DNA of 49,751 bases from Flavobacteriaceae bacterium ASP10-09a (GCA_000981625.1 LAQA01000020.1:14604-64354); one strand, 5' to 3'. Shown: positions 38,424 through 49,370, counted from the stretch's first letter. Notes: generated by a model from the sequence alone, not told the origin. Numbers and translations are program-made.

Positions 38424-41246
38424 CTAAATTAGTTCTTTTTTAAGAAATTGAGCAGTATAACTTTTCTTATGTTTTGCAACCTCTTCTGGTGTTCCTGTAC
38501 ATAGAATTTCACCACCATTTTTACCTCCTTCTAGACCAACATCAATAATATAATCTGCCAATTTTACAACTTCTAAATTGTGTTCAATAATTAGAACTGT
38601 ATTTCCTTTATTCGCTAGTCTGTTAAGTACTTCCATTAATACTCTAATGTCTTCAAAATGAAGACCTGTTGTTGGTTCATCTAAAATATAAAACGTATTC
38701 CCAGTGTCTCTTTTAGATAATTCTGAAGCTAATTTTATTCTTTGGGCCTCACCTCCAGAAAGTGTAGTAGATTGTTGTCCTAAAGTTATATAACCTAGTC
38801 CAACATCTTTGATAGTTTTTAATTTTCTGTGGATTTTTGGGATCATCTCAAAGAAATCTGTTGCGTCTTCAATCGTCATGTTTAAGACATCAGAAATAGA
38901 TTTTCCTTTATATCTTATTTCTAAAGTTTCTCTGTTAAAACGTTTTCCTTGACAGGTTTCACATTCTACTTGAACATCAGGTAAAAAGTTCATTTCTATG
39001 ACTCTTACACCTCCACCTTGGCAAGTTTCACAACGTCCTGCTTTTACATTAAATGAAAATCGACCAGGTTTATAACCTCGAATTGCAGCTTCTGGTGTTT
39101 TTGCAAATAAGCTTCTAACTTCAGAAAAAGTTCCTGTATAGGTTGCAGGGTTTGATCTTGGAGTTCTACCAATTGGAGACTGATCGATTGCAATCACTTT
39201 ATCTATGTGGTCTAACCCTTCAATTTTCTTATAAGGCATTGGTTTTTTTACACCTCTGTATATGTGGGCATTTAAAATGGGATATAATGTTTCGTTTATT
39301 AAGGTTGATTTTCCACTTCCAGAAACTCCTGTAACACAAATCATTTTACCTAGAGGAAACTCAACAGAAACATTTTTTAAATTGTTGCCATTTGCCCCTT
39401 TTAGTTTGATGGACTTTCCATTTCCTTCTCTACGTTTTTTGGGAACAGCAATTACTTTTCTACCAGTTAAATAATCAGCAGTTAATGTTTTGTGTTTTAT
39501 TAAATCTTCAAAAGTTCCTTCGCTAACAATTTCTCCTCCATGTCTTCCAGCTCCAGGACCAATATCGAAAACAAAATCTGCATGCTCAATCATGTCTTTG
39601 TCATGCTCCACAACCAAAACAGAGTTACCAATATCGCGTAATTTTAGTAAAGAATCTATTAATTTCTGATTATCTCGTTGATGTAAACCAATGCTTGGTT
39701 CGTCTAAAATATAGAGAACTCCAACCAATTGTGAACCAATCTGAGTTGCTAAACGTATTCTTTGAGCTTCTCCACCAGAAAGTGATTTAGAAGTTCTGTC
39801 TAGCGTTAAATAATCTAAACCAACATCTAATAGAAACTGAATTCTAGTTCTTATTTCTTTTAATATTTCGGTAGCAATTATGAGTTGTTTTTTAGATAAA
39901 TCCTTCTCTATAGTTGCAAACCAAGAAGCCAATTCTGTAATATCCATTTGTGCTAAATCACTGATATTTTTATCTGTAATTTTAAAATGAAGTGCTTCTT
40001 TTTTTAATCTTTTTCCACCGCAGCTTGAGCAAGAAACTTCATCCATAAAACCTTTTGCCCAGCGTTTTATAGAGGTGCTTTCTGCATTTTTGTATTGATT
40101 GGTTATAAAAGCAACAATACCTTCAAAATCAATTTTGTAGTTTCTGGTAATTCCAACAGTTTTAGATTCAATTTCAAAAGATTCATTTCCACCATTTAAA
40201 ATAATTTCTAATGCTTCTTTAGGAATGTCTTTTATAGCATCTGTTAATTTAAATTTATAACGTTCTGCAATATTTTGAATTTGTTTAAAGATCCAACTGT
40301 TTTTTTGTTCCCCTAAAGGAACAACTCCTCCATTTTGTATAGAAATAGTATAATCTGGTATTACTTTTTTAAGATTTATTTCATTTGTAATTCCCAGACC
40401 ATTACAAGTATTACATGCACCTTTTGGCGAATTAAAAGAAAATGTGTTTGGTTCAGGGTTTGGATATGCAATACCTGTTGTTGGGCACATTAATTCTCTA
40501 CTAAAATAACGTGGATTATTGTCATCAATATCAATAACCATCATTATGTTATCACCCGAATACAATGCTGTTTTTATTGTTTCTTCTAAGCGTTTTTCTG
40601 CAGATTCATTTATCAAAAGGCGATCTATGACAACTTCAATATCATGCATTTTATATCGATCTAAACGCATCCCTTTTTCTATTTCTTTGATCTCTCCATC
40701 AACTCGAACTCGTAAAAAACCCTGTTTAGAGATCTGTTCAAAAAGTTCACGATAATGTCCTTTCCTCGACTTGATTAAAGGGGCTAAAACTGCAATTTTT
40801 TTATCGGCAAAATCTTTTAAAATAAGTTGTCTGATTTGTTCATCAGAATAGCTTACCATTTTTTGATCGGTATTGTAAGAATACGCATCTGCAGCTCTAG
40901 CAAACAATAATCTTAAAAAATCATAAATTTCTGTGATGGTACCTACTGTAGAACGTGGACTTTTATTTGTTGTTTTTTGTTCGATAGAAATTACTGGAGA
41001 AAGTCCATCAATTTTATCAACATCGGGTCTTTCTAGTCCTCCTAAGAATTGACGAGCATAAGCAGAAAATGTCTCTATATAGCGTCTTTGCCCTTCAGCA
41101 TAAATGGTATCAAAAGCTAAAGAAGATTTTCCACTTCCGCTTAAACCAGTTATAACTACTAGTTTTTCACGAGGAATTTTTACATCAATATTTTTAAGAT
41201 TATGAACTCTTGCTCCGTAAACTTCTATGTATTCTTGGTCTTTCAA
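38424..41246 (-). CDS. uvrA: Excinuclease ABC subunit A
   Basis: Two ABC ATPase domains ([24 protein letters not shown] twice) and zinc fingers; TTG start. Confidence 0.98.
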   Translation of the reverse strand: MKDQEYIEVYGARVHNLKNIDVKIPREKLVVITGLSGSGKSSLAFDTIYAEGQRRYIETFSAYARQFLGGLERPDVDKIDGLSPVISIEQKTTNKSPRSTVGTITEIYDFLRLLFARAADAYSYNTDQKMVSYSDEQIRQLILKDFADKKIAVLAPLIKSRKGHYRELFEQISKQGFLRVRVDGEIKEIEKGMRLDRYKMHDIEVVIDRLLINESAEKRLEETIKTALYSGDNIMMVIDIDDNNPRYFSRELMCPTTGIAYPNPEPNTFSFNSPKGACNTCNGLGITNEINLKKVIPDYTISIQNGGVVPLGEQKNSWIFKQIQNIAERYKFKLTDAIKDIPKEALEIILNGGNESFEIESKTVGITRNYKIDFEGIVAFITNQYKNAESTSIKRWAKGFMDEVSCSSCGGKRLKKEALHFKITDKNISDLAQMDITELASWFATIEKDLSKKQLIIATEILKEIRTRIQFLLDVGLDYLTLDRTSKSLSGGEAQRIRLATQIGSQLVGVLYILDEPSIGLHQRDNQKLIDSLLKLRDIGNSVLVVEHDKDMIEHADFVFDIGPGAGRHGGEIVSEGTFEDLIKHKTLTADYLTGRKVIAVPKKRREGNGKSIKLKGANGNNLKNVSVEFPLGKMICVTGVSGSGKSTLINETLYPILNAHIYRGVKKPMPYKKIEGLDHIDKVIAIDQSPIGRTPRSNPATYTGTFSEVRSLFAKTPEAAIRGYKPGRFSFNVKAGRCETCQGGGVRVIEMNFLPDVQVECETCQGKRFNRETLEIRYKGKSISDVLNMTIEDATDFFEMIPKIHRKLKTIKDVGLGYITLGQQSTTLSGGEAQRIKLASELSKRDTGNTFYILDEPTTGLHFEDIRVLMEVLNRLANKGNTVLIIEHNLEVVKLADYIIDVGLEGGKNGGEILCTGTPEEVAKHKKSYTAQFLKKELI

Positions 41247-41271
41247 TAATGGTGAATTTTGATGAAAAGCG

Positions 41272-41279
41272 CAAAGTTA
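41272..41279 (-). promoter_or_regulatory. -7 promoter element for uvrA
   Basis: TAACTTTG on the minus strand, 25 nt upstream of the start. Confidence 0.6.
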
Positions 41280-41357
41280 ATCAATCCAATTCATTTTTGA
41301 TTTAAATGTTTGTAACAAATCAGATGATTATAGTATCTTGCGTTAAAAGATATTTAG

Positions 41358-41585
41358 ATGAATTATACACATGCTATTCGTCATTTTTTTGAAAGACATG
41401 GTTTTGGAGTTTTTTCAAGACTTGCAGATAAACTAGGTATGCGTGCAAAAAATGTACGTATTTTTTTTATCTATATAACTTTTGTAACCGTGGGTTTGTC
41501 TTTTGGATTGTATTTAACGTTGGCTTTTTTACTACGTTTAAAAGATATGATTTCCACCAAAAGAAGTTCGGTTTTTGATTTGTAA
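41358..41585 (+). CDS. PspC domain small membrane protein
   Basis: FGVFSRLADKLG..VRIFFIY followed by a TM helix. Confidence 0.75.
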   Translation: MNYTHAIRHFFERHGFGVFSRLADKLGMRAKNVRIFFIYITFVTVGLSFGLYLTLAFLLRLKDMISTKRSSVFDL

Positions 41586-41588
41586 AAT

Positions 41589-42587
41589 ATGAATATTATA
41601 AAGTCTAAATTATACAAAACACTATTTCTTTTCTTTACAATTTTAGCAATTGGAGTTACGGGTTATATGATTCTGTCTGGAGATACTTTTGTAAACGCTT
41701 TGTATATGACGGTAATTACAATAACCACAGTTGGTTTTGGTGAAGTTCATCCGTTAAGTCCAGAAGAAAAAATATTTACAATTTTTTTAATTTTAACTAG
41801 TATTTCTATATTTGGTTATACAGTTTCATCTTTTACTGAATATATTATTAGCGGACAATTATTTAAACAACTTAAACTTAAAAGAGTGCAAAAAACAATC
41901 GAAAAACTAGAAGGTCATACAATTGTTTGCGGTTTTGGTAGAAATGGAAAACAAGCAATTGTCAAACTTAAAAACTATCAAAAAGAATATGTTGTAATTG
42001 AAAAAAATAAAAATCTGACAGAAAAATTAGATGCAGAAGAAATATTAAATGTAGAAGGCGATGGTACTACAGACGAAATTTTAATTAAAGCGGGTATAAA
42101 AAACGCAAGAAATTTAATTACTGCCCTTCCTTCAGATGCAGATAACTTATTTGTGGTTTTAAGCGCTAGACAATTAAATAAAGATTGTACAATTATTAGT
42201 AGAGCGTCCAAAGAAAGCTCATATAGTAAATTAAAGATTGCTGGCGCAGATAATGTAATCATGCCAGACAAGTTGGGTGGAAACCACATGGCTTCTTTAG
42301 TGGTAACTCCAGATGTTATTGAGTTTGTAGATAGATTAACAATAGAAGGTGAAACTACTGCTAATTTAGAAGAAATAGCTGTAAATGAATTGCCTAAAAT
42401 GTATTTAAATAAAACAATTTTAGATTTAGATCTTCGAAAAAAAACAGGGTGTACAGTTATAGGGTTTAGAACCCCAGATAAGGATTATGTAATAAATCCA
42501 GATGCTTCAATTAAATTGGTTGCCAATACTCATTTAATTGTTTTAGGGAGGCCAGAGCAAATAACGAAACTGAGAGAATTGTTTTAA
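41589..42587 (+). CDS. 2-TM potassium channel with RCK (TrkA-N/C) domains
   Basis: Selectivity filter TTVGFG; CGFGRNG Rossmann motif; TrkA-C domain. Confidence 0.92.
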   Translation: MNIIKSKLYKTLFLFFTILAIGVTGYMILSGDTFVNALYMTVITITTVGFGEVHPLSPEEKIFTIFLILTSISIFGYTVSSFTEYIISGQLFKQLKLKRVQKTIEKLEGHTIVCGFGRNGKQAIVKLKNYQKEYVVIEKNKNLTEKLDAEEILNVEGDGTTDEILIKAGIKNARNLITALPSDADNLFVVLSARQLNKDCTIISRASKESSYSKLKIAGADNVIMPDKLGGNHMASLVVTPDVIEFVDRLTIEGETTANLEEIAVNELPKMYLNKTILDLDLRKKTGCTVIGFRTPDKDYVINPDASIKLVANTHLIVLGRPEQITKLRELF

Positions 42588-42588
42588 A

Positions 42589-43488
42589 ATGATAAAAGTT
42601 ATAATTACAGGAAGCAATGGTTTATTAGGTCAATCTCTTTTAAATTTATTGTTGAAGGATAAACATAAATATCAAGTTTTTGTTTTCTCAAGAGGAAAAA
42701 ACAGAAGTGGTAGAGAGGACTTTTCTTATACCTCTATTGATATTACTGATGAAATAATTTTAAAAAAAAACATAAAAGAAATTCAGCCAAATTTTATAAT
42801 TAATACAGCTGCAATGACGCAAGTTGATGATTGTGAAAATAAAAAGGAAGCTTGTGATTTGTTAAACACAACTGTTGTAAAATGGTTGTCAGAAGTTTCT
42901 GAAGAGATTAATGCTCATGTAATTCATATTTCTACAGATTTTATTTTTGATGGAATTAAAGGTAATTATAAAGAAACAGACAAACCGAATCCTTTAAGTT
43001 ATTATGGGGTGTCTAAGTTAAAGTCAGAAGAGGTTTTGATACAATCAAAAATTAATTTTACTATTCTAAGAACTATTTTGGTTTATGGTAAGGTGTTGGA
43101 TATGAAAAGGTCTAACATTGTTCTTTGGGTAAAAGAAATGCTGTCTAAAGGAAAAGAAATTACAATTGTAGACGATCAATTTAGAACTCCGACTTATGTT
43201 GAAGATTTAGCTTTGGCTTGTAAAATTTCTATGGATAAAAAAGCAACAGGTATTTATCACATTTCATCCAATAAATTGCTAAGTATTTTTGAAATTGCGC
43301 AACAAATAGCCACAGTTTTTCATTTAGATAAAAGCTTGATTAAACCCATCTCCACATCAACTTTAAACCAAACTGCTAAAAGACCCGTAAAAACAGGTTT
43401 CGATTTATTAAAAACAAATAAAGTGCTAGAGTTTTATCCAAGATCATTTAAAGAAGGTTTAGTCAAACTTAAAGAAACCTTGTCATAA
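42589..43488 (+). CDS. dTDP-4-dehydrorhamnose reductase-like SDR (RmlD family)
   Basis: TGSNGLLG, HISTDFIFDG, YGVSK (YxxxK), DDQFRTPT. Confidence 0.85.
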   Translation: MIKVIITGSNGLLGQSLLNLLLKDKHKYQVFVFSRGKNRSGREDFSYTSIDITDEIILKKNIKEIQPNFIINTAAMTQVDDCENKKEACDLLNTTVVKWLSEVSEEINAHVIHISTDFIFDGIKGNYKETDKPNPLSYYGVSKLKSEEVLIQSKINFTILRTILVYGKVLDMKRSNIVLWVKEMLSKGKEITIVDDQFRTPTYVEDLALACKISMDKKATGIYHISSNKLLSIFEIAQQIATVFHLDKSLIKPISTSTLNQTAKRPVKTGFDLLKTNKVLEFYPRSFKEGLVKLKETLS

Positions 43489-43574
43489 AAATACTTTTAA
43501 CGCTGAAAACTTGTTAAAAGAGCATTTTTTTATGATATTGCGAACCACAAAATAAAAACTAATCAAAACCTATT

Positions 43575-45191
43575 ATGAATAAAAAACTTCTATCACTGCT
43601 TTTTTTAGCAGTTCCATTTTTAACATTTGCACAAGATAAAGGATTAGACGAGAAAATTAATGATGCCTTTATGCCTGTAGCAGTATGGTGGGAAGGATTT
43701 GTATTAACATCAGTTCCTATTGGGGGATATAACATTCCTTTTGTTGTCTTACTTTTAGTTCTAGGAGCTACTTTTTTTACAATTTATTTTAAGTTTCCAG
43801 GAATAACCAAATTTGGTTTAGCAATAAATACTGTAAGGGGTAAATATGACGATATAGAAGAACATAGTGCAGATAAAAGTGCTGCAGTTAATATTGTAGA
43901 CGGAGATGTTGTAGATACAATCAGAGATGAAAGCAAAGAAGGAGAAGTTTCTCACTTTCAAGCATTAGCAACAGCAGTTTCTGGAACCGTTGGTTTAGGT
44001 AATATTGCCGGTGTTGCAGTGGCAATTGCTTTAGGTGGTCCTGGAGCAACCTTTTGGATGATTGTTTGTGGTATTATTGGGATGTCTACAAAGTTCGTAG
44101 AATGTACATTGGGTGTTAAATATAGAGATGTAGATGCAGATGGAACTGTTTATGGTGGTCCAATGTATTATTTATCTAAAGGATTAAAGGAAAATGGCTA
44201 TGCAGGTCTTGGTAAAGTATTAGCTGTAATGTTTGCAGTATTGTGCGTTGGAGCTTCTTTTGGAGGAGGTAATGCATTTCAATCTAACCAAGCAGCTGTT
44301 CAGTTAAAAACATTATTTAATATAGATGGTGGTGCTTCAGGTTTAATTATCGGTCTTATTTTAGCAATTTTAGTTGGTATTGTAATTATTGGTGGTATTA
44401 AGCGTATTGCTAAAATCACAGAAAAAATTGTTCCTTTTATGGCTGGAATATACGTTTTAGCTTGTTTGATCATTATTTTCGCAAACTTTAATTATATAGG
44501 TGATGCTTTTGGATTAATATTTAATGGAGCATTTACCCCTATGGCAGGTTTAGGTGGTTTTGTAGGTGTTTTAATTGTTGGTTTTCAAAGAGCTGCTTTC
44601 TCTAATGAGGCAGGAGCAGGTTCTGCAGCAATTGCGCATTCAGCAGTAAAAACTAAATTCCCAGCTTCTGAAGGTGTTGTAGCCTTATTAGAGCCTTTTA
44701 TAGATACTGTTGTAATATGTACAATGACAGCTTTAGTTATCATCTTTTTTAATATTGATGGCTCAAATATGCAAAGTGTATTTAAGTATGGAGGAGACGG
44801 ACTTAGTAATGTTGTGTTGAATTCGGATGGAAGTTCTATTGGTGGTGTAGATTTAACATCTATGGCTTTTGACTCAGTGATTCCAGGGTTCTCTTATATA
44901 TTAACGATTGCAATTGTTTTATTTGCTTTTAGTTCAATGATTTCTTGGTCTTATTATGGTTTACAATCTTGGAAATATCTTTTTGGAAAAGGTAAAACGG
45001 CCGATATGACTTATAAAATTTTATTCCTTTTATTTGTTATAATTGGAGCAGCAGCTACTTTAGATGCGGTGATAAAGTTCTCGGATGCAATGATTTTAGC
45101 ATTAGTATTCCCAAACATGATTGGTTTATTGCTTTTATTCCCAAAAGTAAGAGACGATATGAAAAAATATCTTTCAGCAATTAAAAGTTAA
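43575..45191 (+). CDS. Alanine/glycine:cation symporter (AGCS)
   Basis: GTVGLGNIAGVA, GGPGA, GGPMYY, FSNEAGAGS, EPFIDT. Confidence 0.95.
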   Translation: MNKKLLSLLFLAVPFLTFAQDKGLDEKINDAFMPVAVWWEGFVLTSVPIGGYNIPFVVLLLVLGATFFTIYFKFPGITKFGLAINTVRGKYDDIEEHSADKSAAVNIVDGDVVDTIRDESKEGEVSHFQALATAVSGTVGLGNIAGVAVAIALGGPGATFWMIVCGIIGMSTKFVECTLGVKYRDVDADGTVYGGPMYYLSKGLKENGYAGLGKVLAVMFAVLCVGASFGGGNAFQSNQAAVQLKTLFNIDGGASGLIIGLILAILVGIVIIGGIKRIAKITEKIVPFMAGIYVLACLIIIFANFNYIGDAFGLIFNGAFTPMAGLGGFVGVLIVGFQRAAFSNEAGAGSAAIAHSAVKTKFPASEGVVALLEPFIDTVVICTMTALVIIFFNIDGSNMQSVFKYGGDGLSNVVLNSDGSSIGGVDLTSMAFDSVIPGFSYILTIAIVLFAFSSMISWSYYGLQSWKYLFGKGKTADMTYKILFLLFVIIGAAATLDAVIKFSDAMILALVFPNMIGLLLLFPKVRDDMKKYLSAIKS

Positions 45192-45206
45192 TGTAAGATA
45201 TACTTT

Positions 45207-46103
45207 ATGAAAATATTTAAATCCCATTTCTGGTACAACAAAAGCCAAAGAAATGGGATTTTTCTTTTAGTATTATTAATCCTTCTTCTTCAAATATCTA
45301 TTTACACAGATGTTTTTTCTTCGGATAAAATTACTGATGTAGATCAATCAGAGTTACTTGCTTTTCAATATGAAATAGATAGCTTAAAAGCTATTGAAAT
45401 TGAAAACAGAAAACCTAAAATGTATCCTTTTAATCCTAATTATATTACAGACTATAAAGGGGGGCAGTTAGGAATGTCTTTAGAAGAGATTGATAGATTA
45501 CTAGCATTTAGGAAAACCAATAAATTCATCAACTCAAAAAAAGAATTTCAAAAAGTAACTAAAGTTTCAGATTCATTATTAGATAAAATTTCTCAGTATT
45601 TTAAGTTTCCTGATTGGGTTGTAAAAAGAAATCAGCAAAAACCTGTTCTTTCTTTATTAGGAGCGAACCAATTTCATTACAAAAATAAGAAGAACAAGGT
45701 TTCAACTACAGATATTAACAAAGCAACAGCAGAGGACTTTAAAACAATTAGTGGAATTGGGCCCGCATTTTCAGAACGCATTATTAAGTATCGTTCTAAA
45801 TTACAAGGATTTTCTTTCGAAAGTCAAGTTAATGAAGTTTGGGGTTTAGATAAAGAGGTTGTAGAAAAAGTAGTGTCAATCTTCAAAATTATAGAGAAAC
45901 CTGCCATCAAAAAAGTAAATGTAAACACTGTTACATTCAAGGAATTACTCATAAACCCATACATAGATTATGAGTTATGTAAAAAAATATTTAATTATAG
46001 AGATGAAGTTGCTGAACTTCAAGATATTTCAGAATTAAAAAATATCGACGATTTTCCTTTGAAGTTGTATGATAGAATAGTCTTATATTTGTTAGCTAAA
46101 TAA
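45207..46103 (+). CDS. ComEA-like helix-hairpin-helix DNA-binding protein
   Basis: N-terminal TM helix; PFNPN; DINKATAEDFKTISGIGP (HhH). Confidence 0.85.
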   Translation: MKIFKSHFWYNKSQRNGIFLLVLLILLLQISIYTDVFSSDKITDVDQSELLAFQYEIDSLKAIEIENRKPKMYPFNPNYITDYKGGQLGMSLEEIDRLLAFRKTNKFINSKKEFQKVTKVSDSLLDKISQYFKFPDWVVKRNQQKPVLSLLGANQFHYKNKKNKVSTTDINKATAEDFKTISGIGPAFSERIIKYRSKLQGFSFESQVNEVWGLDKEVVEKVVSIFKIIEKPAIKKVNVNTVTFKELLINPYIDYELCKKIFNYRDEVAELQDISELKNIDDFPLKLYDRIVLYLLAK

Positions 46104-46130
46104 ATAAATAATAAACACATTCATTGGCTT

Positions 46131-47297
46131 ATGAACAGTATGTATTTTACTGAAGAACATGAAGCATTTCGCGCAAGTTTTAAAGAATTTTTACAAAAAG
46201 AAGTAGTTCCTCATATAGAGAAATGGGAGAAAAGTGGATCAATAGAGCGTTTCATTTGGAAGAAGTTCGGTGAAATGGGGTATTTTGGTTTGTCAACTCC
46301 AGAAGAGTATGGAGGAATGGATCTCGATCTTTTTTATACAGTTATCTTTTTAGAAGAATTACAAAAAATAAATTCTGGTGGATTTGCAGCTGCAATGTGG
46401 GCGCATGAATATTTAGCAATGACTCACTTAAACGAAGAAGCAAGTGAAGTTCTAAAACAAAAATATTTAATACCAAGTGTTGAGGGGGATATGATTGGTT
46501 GTATGTGTATTACAGAACCTTTTGGAGGTAGTGATGTTGCAGGCATGAGATCAACGGCAATTAGACAAGGTGATACCTATATATTAAATGGATCAAAAAC
46601 GTTTATTACAAATGGTGTGTATTCAGATTATTTAATAGTTGCAGCCAAAACAGACCCTTCAGATAAATATAAAGGAATCAGCATTTTTGTAGTTGATAGA
46701 AATTCAAAAGGAGTTTCTGCGACTAAGTTAAATAAATTAGGGTGGCATGCATCAGATACAGGTGAGATTGCTTTTGATAATGTAGAAATTCCTTTAGAAA
46801 ACCTAATGGGAGAGGAAGGAAAAGGTTTTCCTTACATAATGCAGCATTTCGCCTTAGAGCGCTTAATAATGGGAGTAAATGCACATGCAAGAGCAGAATT
46901 TGCTGTCGATTACGCAGTCAAGTATATGCAGGAAAGAATCGCTTTTGGTAAATCTTTAGACAAGTTTCAGGCTTTAAGACACAAAATTGCAGAAATGGCA
47001 AGTAAAGTAGATATGTGTAGAGAGTATAATTACTCAATTACAAAACGCTTAAATGACGGACAATATGTTGTAAAAGAAGCTAGTATGTCTAAGTTATTGT
47101 CTACAAAAATGGCAGATGAAGTGATCTATGACGCACTTCAGTTATTAGGTGGGTATGGTTATATGGAAGATTATCCAATGGCACGTTTATTAAGAGATAG
47201 TAGATTAGGGCCAATAGGAGGAGGAACTTCTGAAATCTTAAAAGAAATTATCGCAAAAATTGTTATTGATAAAAAGGAGTATAAACCAGCAACATAA
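46131..47297 (+). CDS. Acyl-CoA dehydrogenase
   Basis: TEPFGGSDV, NGSKTFITN, QLLGGYGY, GGGTSEI. Confidence 0.95.
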   Translation: MNSMYFTEEHEAFRASFKEFLQKEVVPHIEKWEKSGSIERFIWKKFGEMGYFGLSTPEEYGGMDLDLFYTVIFLEELQKINSGGFAAAMWAHEYLAMTHLNEEASEVLKQKYLIPSVEGDMIGCMCITEPFGGSDVAGMRSTAIRQGDTYILNGSKTFITNGVYSDYLIVAAKTDPSDKYKGISIFVVDRNSKGVSATKLNKLGWHASDTGEIAFDNVEIPLENLMGEEGKGFPYIMQHFALERLIMGVNAHARAEFAVDYAVKYMQERIAFGKSLDKFQALRHKIAEMASKVDMCREYNYSITKRLNDGQYVVKEASMSKLLSTKMADEVIYDALQLLGGYGYMEDYPMARLLRDSRLGPIGGGTSEILKEIIAKIVIDKKEYKPAT

Positions 47298-47349
47298 GTT
47301 CACGAAAATCGCAAGCTGAAAGGTATTAACTTTTATGACGCTATTTAAA

Positions 47350-47415
47350 GGTCGAGCTTTCCACTGTATCTCTTTTGCGAAAAACAAAAAAGGATGTGTA
47401 TTCAGTTCCTAACGC
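47350..47415 (+). ncRNA. Flavo-1-like structured intergenic element, copy 2
   Basis: GGTCGAGCTTTCCACTGTATCTCTTTTG..CAAAAAAGGATG..TTCCTAACGC; similar to 1538-1600 on the minus strand. Confidence 0.6.
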
Positions 47416-47472
47416 AAATTCATAACTATAAAATAATTTAATTTTCATAATTGTCAATTCATAATTTGTAAT

Positions 47473-47480
47473 TACATTTG
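47473..47480 (+). promoter_or_regulatory. -7 promoter element for rpsU
   Basis: TACATTTG followed by CA. Confidence 0.7.
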
Positions 47481-47537
47481 CAGTCCAAAAAATAAACCAA
47501 TAGTTTTTAAAACTATTCAAAATATAAAGATACTATG

Positions 47538-47547
47538 AAAGGAGGTG
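47538..47547 (+). promoter_or_regulatory. Extended Shine-Dalgarno of rpsU
   Basis: AAAGGAGGTG ending 7 nt before the ATG at 47555. Confidence 0.9.
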
Positions 47548-47554
47548 CCAACAT

Positions 47555-47752
47555 ATGTTAATTATACCTATAAAAGAAGGAGAGAATATAGATAGAGCTT
47601 TAAAGCGTTACAAAAGAAAATTTGATAGAACTAAAACTATGAGAAACTTACGTAACAGAAAAAACTTTACAAAGCCATCTGTAGCGAATAGAGCTCAAAG
47701 AATAAAAGCGTCTTACGTACAAAGATTAAGAACACAAGAAGAAGTAGGTTAG
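47555..47752 (+). CDS. rpsU: 30S ribosomal protein bS21
   Basis: IKEGENIDRALKRYKRK..FTKPS. Confidence 0.96.
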   Translation: MLIIPIKEGENIDRALKRYKRKFDRTKTMRNLRNRKNFTKPSVANRAQRIKASYVQRLRTQEEVG

Positions 47753-47775
47753 AAATAACTTATTCTTTAAAATAT

Positions 47776-47810
47776 AAAACTCGTATTGAATTTTCAATAC
47801 GAGTTTTTTT
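47776..47810 (+). terminator. Intrinsic terminator of rpsU
   Basis: AAAACTCGTATTGA-attt-TCAATACGAGTTTT plus T run. Confidence 0.88.
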
Positions 47811-47850
47811 ATGCATTTTTTTGTAGATTTACGTATAAAATAATTAAAAT

Positions 47851-48738
47851 TTGATTGATGCATTTTTAGAATATCTGTCTTTAGAGAAAAAATATTCTGT
47901 ACACACAGTTACTGCCTATAAGGCTGATTTAGTTTCTTTTAGAGATTTCTTAGCAACAGAATATCATCAAGAAGAATTGTTGTCTGTACATTATCCTCAA
48001 ATTCGAAATTGGATTGTTTCTTTAGTTGATAGTAAAATATCAAATAGAACAATAAATAGAAAAGTAAGCTCTCTAAGGTCATTTTATAAATTCCTTCAGA
48101 AAATAAAACAGATAAAAATTAATCCACTCTCTAAGCATAGAGCTTTAAAAGTTGCAAAAAAAGTACAAGTTCCCTTTTCCTCAAAAGAAATCAATTTAGT
48201 TATTAATAGTATTGATGAAGAACATGATTTTACGTCAGTAAGAAATAAATTAATTGTAGAATTATTCTACTCCACAGGAATAAGAAGAACAGAGCTAATT
48301 AATATAAAAGAAGTTGATGTTAGCTTTTCTAATGGGGTGATTAAAGTTCTAGGTAAAAGAAACAAGGAACGCTACGTGCCTCTCTTAAAATCTGTAATAC
48401 CTACTTTAAAAAAGTATTTAGAATTAAAAAAAGAGTTTTCAAAGGAATTAGAAGTGCTTTTTATTACAGAAAAAGGAAATAAAATTTATGAAACCCTTGT
48501 CTACAGAATTATAAATTCATACTTTAGTAACATATCTACTAAGGTAAAAAAAAGCCCACATATTCTTAGGCATTCTTTTGCTACTCATTTATTAAATGAA
48601 GGGGCAGATTTAAATTCAGTTAAAGAATTGTTAGGGCATTCCTCTTTAGCTTCAACTCAAGTCTACACACACAATAGTCTTGACGAAATAAAAAAAGTGT
48701 ATAACCAAGCTCACCCTAGGAGCAACAAAAAAGGATGA
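47851..48738 (+). CDS. xerC: XerC-type tyrosine recombinase
   Basis: SAM-like N-terminal domain; catalytic R (TGIRR), K (GKRNK), HILRH, LGH, Y (TQVY); TTG start. Confidence 0.8.
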   Translation: MIDAFLEYLSLEKKYSVHTVTAYKADLVSFRDFLATEYHQEELLSVHYPQIRNWIVSLVDSKISNRTINRKVSSLRSFYKFLQKIKQIKINPLSKHRALKVAKKVQVPFSSKEINLVINSIDEEHDFTSVRNKLIVELFYSTGIRRTELINIKEVDVSFSNGVIKVLGKRNKERYVPLLKSVIPTLKKYLELKKEFSKELEVLFITEKGNKIYETLVYRIINSYFSNISTKVKKSPHILRHSFATHLLNEGADLNSVKELLGHSSLASTQVYTHNSLDEIKKVYNQAHPRSNKKG

Positions 48739-48741
48739 TTT

Positions 48742-49050
48742 ATGAAAGTATTCACACAATCAGTTAACTTTAATGCAGACAGTGACTTAATTAAGTTTGT
48801 AGAAAAGAAAGTAGAATCATTGGTAAAATTCCATGATAAGATAGTAGATGCAGAAGTTTTTTTAAAAGTTCAAAATAAAAGTGATAAAGAAAATAAAATA
48901 ACAGAAGTAAAGATAAATATTCCAGGTAGCGAATTAATCGTAAAAAGAGAAACCAAAACCTTTGAAGAGGGCGTTAATTCTGCAGTAGACAACTTAAAAA
49001 GACAATTGAAAAGGTCAAAAGAAAAGCAGCGAGATTCAATGATTTCATAA
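48742..49050 (+). CDS. raiA: Ribosome hibernation factor HPF/RaiA
   Basis: QSVNFNAD..ENKITEVKINIPG..FEEGVNSAVDNLKRQL; short-HPF length. Confidence 0.9.
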   Translation: MKVFTQSVNFNADSDLIKFVEKKVESLVKFHDKIVDAEVFLKVQNKSDKENKITEVKINIPGSELIVKRETKTFEEGVNSAVDNLKRQLKRSKEKQRDSMIS

Positions 49051-49109
49051 AAATTAAAAAAAAAGTAAAAATATAATTATAAAATGTTTTAGAATATAAA
49101 AAAACTTTA

Positions 49110-49117
49110 TACATTTG
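49110..49117 (+). promoter_or_regulatory. -7 promoter element of the tRNA-tuf operon
   Basis: TACATTTG followed by CA, 41 nt before the first tRNA. Confidence 0.75.
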
Positions 49118-49158
49118 CAATCCGTTAGAAATAGCGGGTTGTTTTTTTGCAACAAAAA

Positions 49159-49232
49159 GCCGATGTAGCTCAGCTGGCTAGAGCAGCTGATTTGTAATCA
49201 GCAGGTCGTGGGTTCGAGTCCCTCCATCGGCT
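49159..49232 (+). tRNA. tRNA-Thr(TGT)
   Basis: Acceptor GCCGATG/CATCGGC; anticodon arm GCTGA-TTTGTAA-TCAGC; TTCGAGT T-loop. Confidence 0.97.
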
Positions 49233-49274
49233 CAAAAAGCAAAAAATAAGTTCATTAACATAGTAAATTTAAAT

Positions 49275-49356
49275 GGGGAGATACTCAAGCGGCCAACGAG
49301 GACGGACTGTAACTCCGTTGACTACGTCTTCGCAGGTTCGAATCCTGCTCTCCCCA
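49275..49356 (+). tRNA. tRNA-Tyr(GTA)
   Basis: Acceptor GGGGAGA/TCTCCCC; ACGGA-CTGTAAC-TCCGT; long variable arm. Confidence 0.97.
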
Positions 49357-49370
49357 CAAATTTACATATT

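Noticed and set aside
2828-42289. Many 60-103 aa ORFs nested in or antisense to long genes (e.g. 7373, 9024, 12216, 21965, 33644, 39262, 41978)
   Set aside because: All overlap well-supported CDSs and show no recognisable motifs or expression signals.
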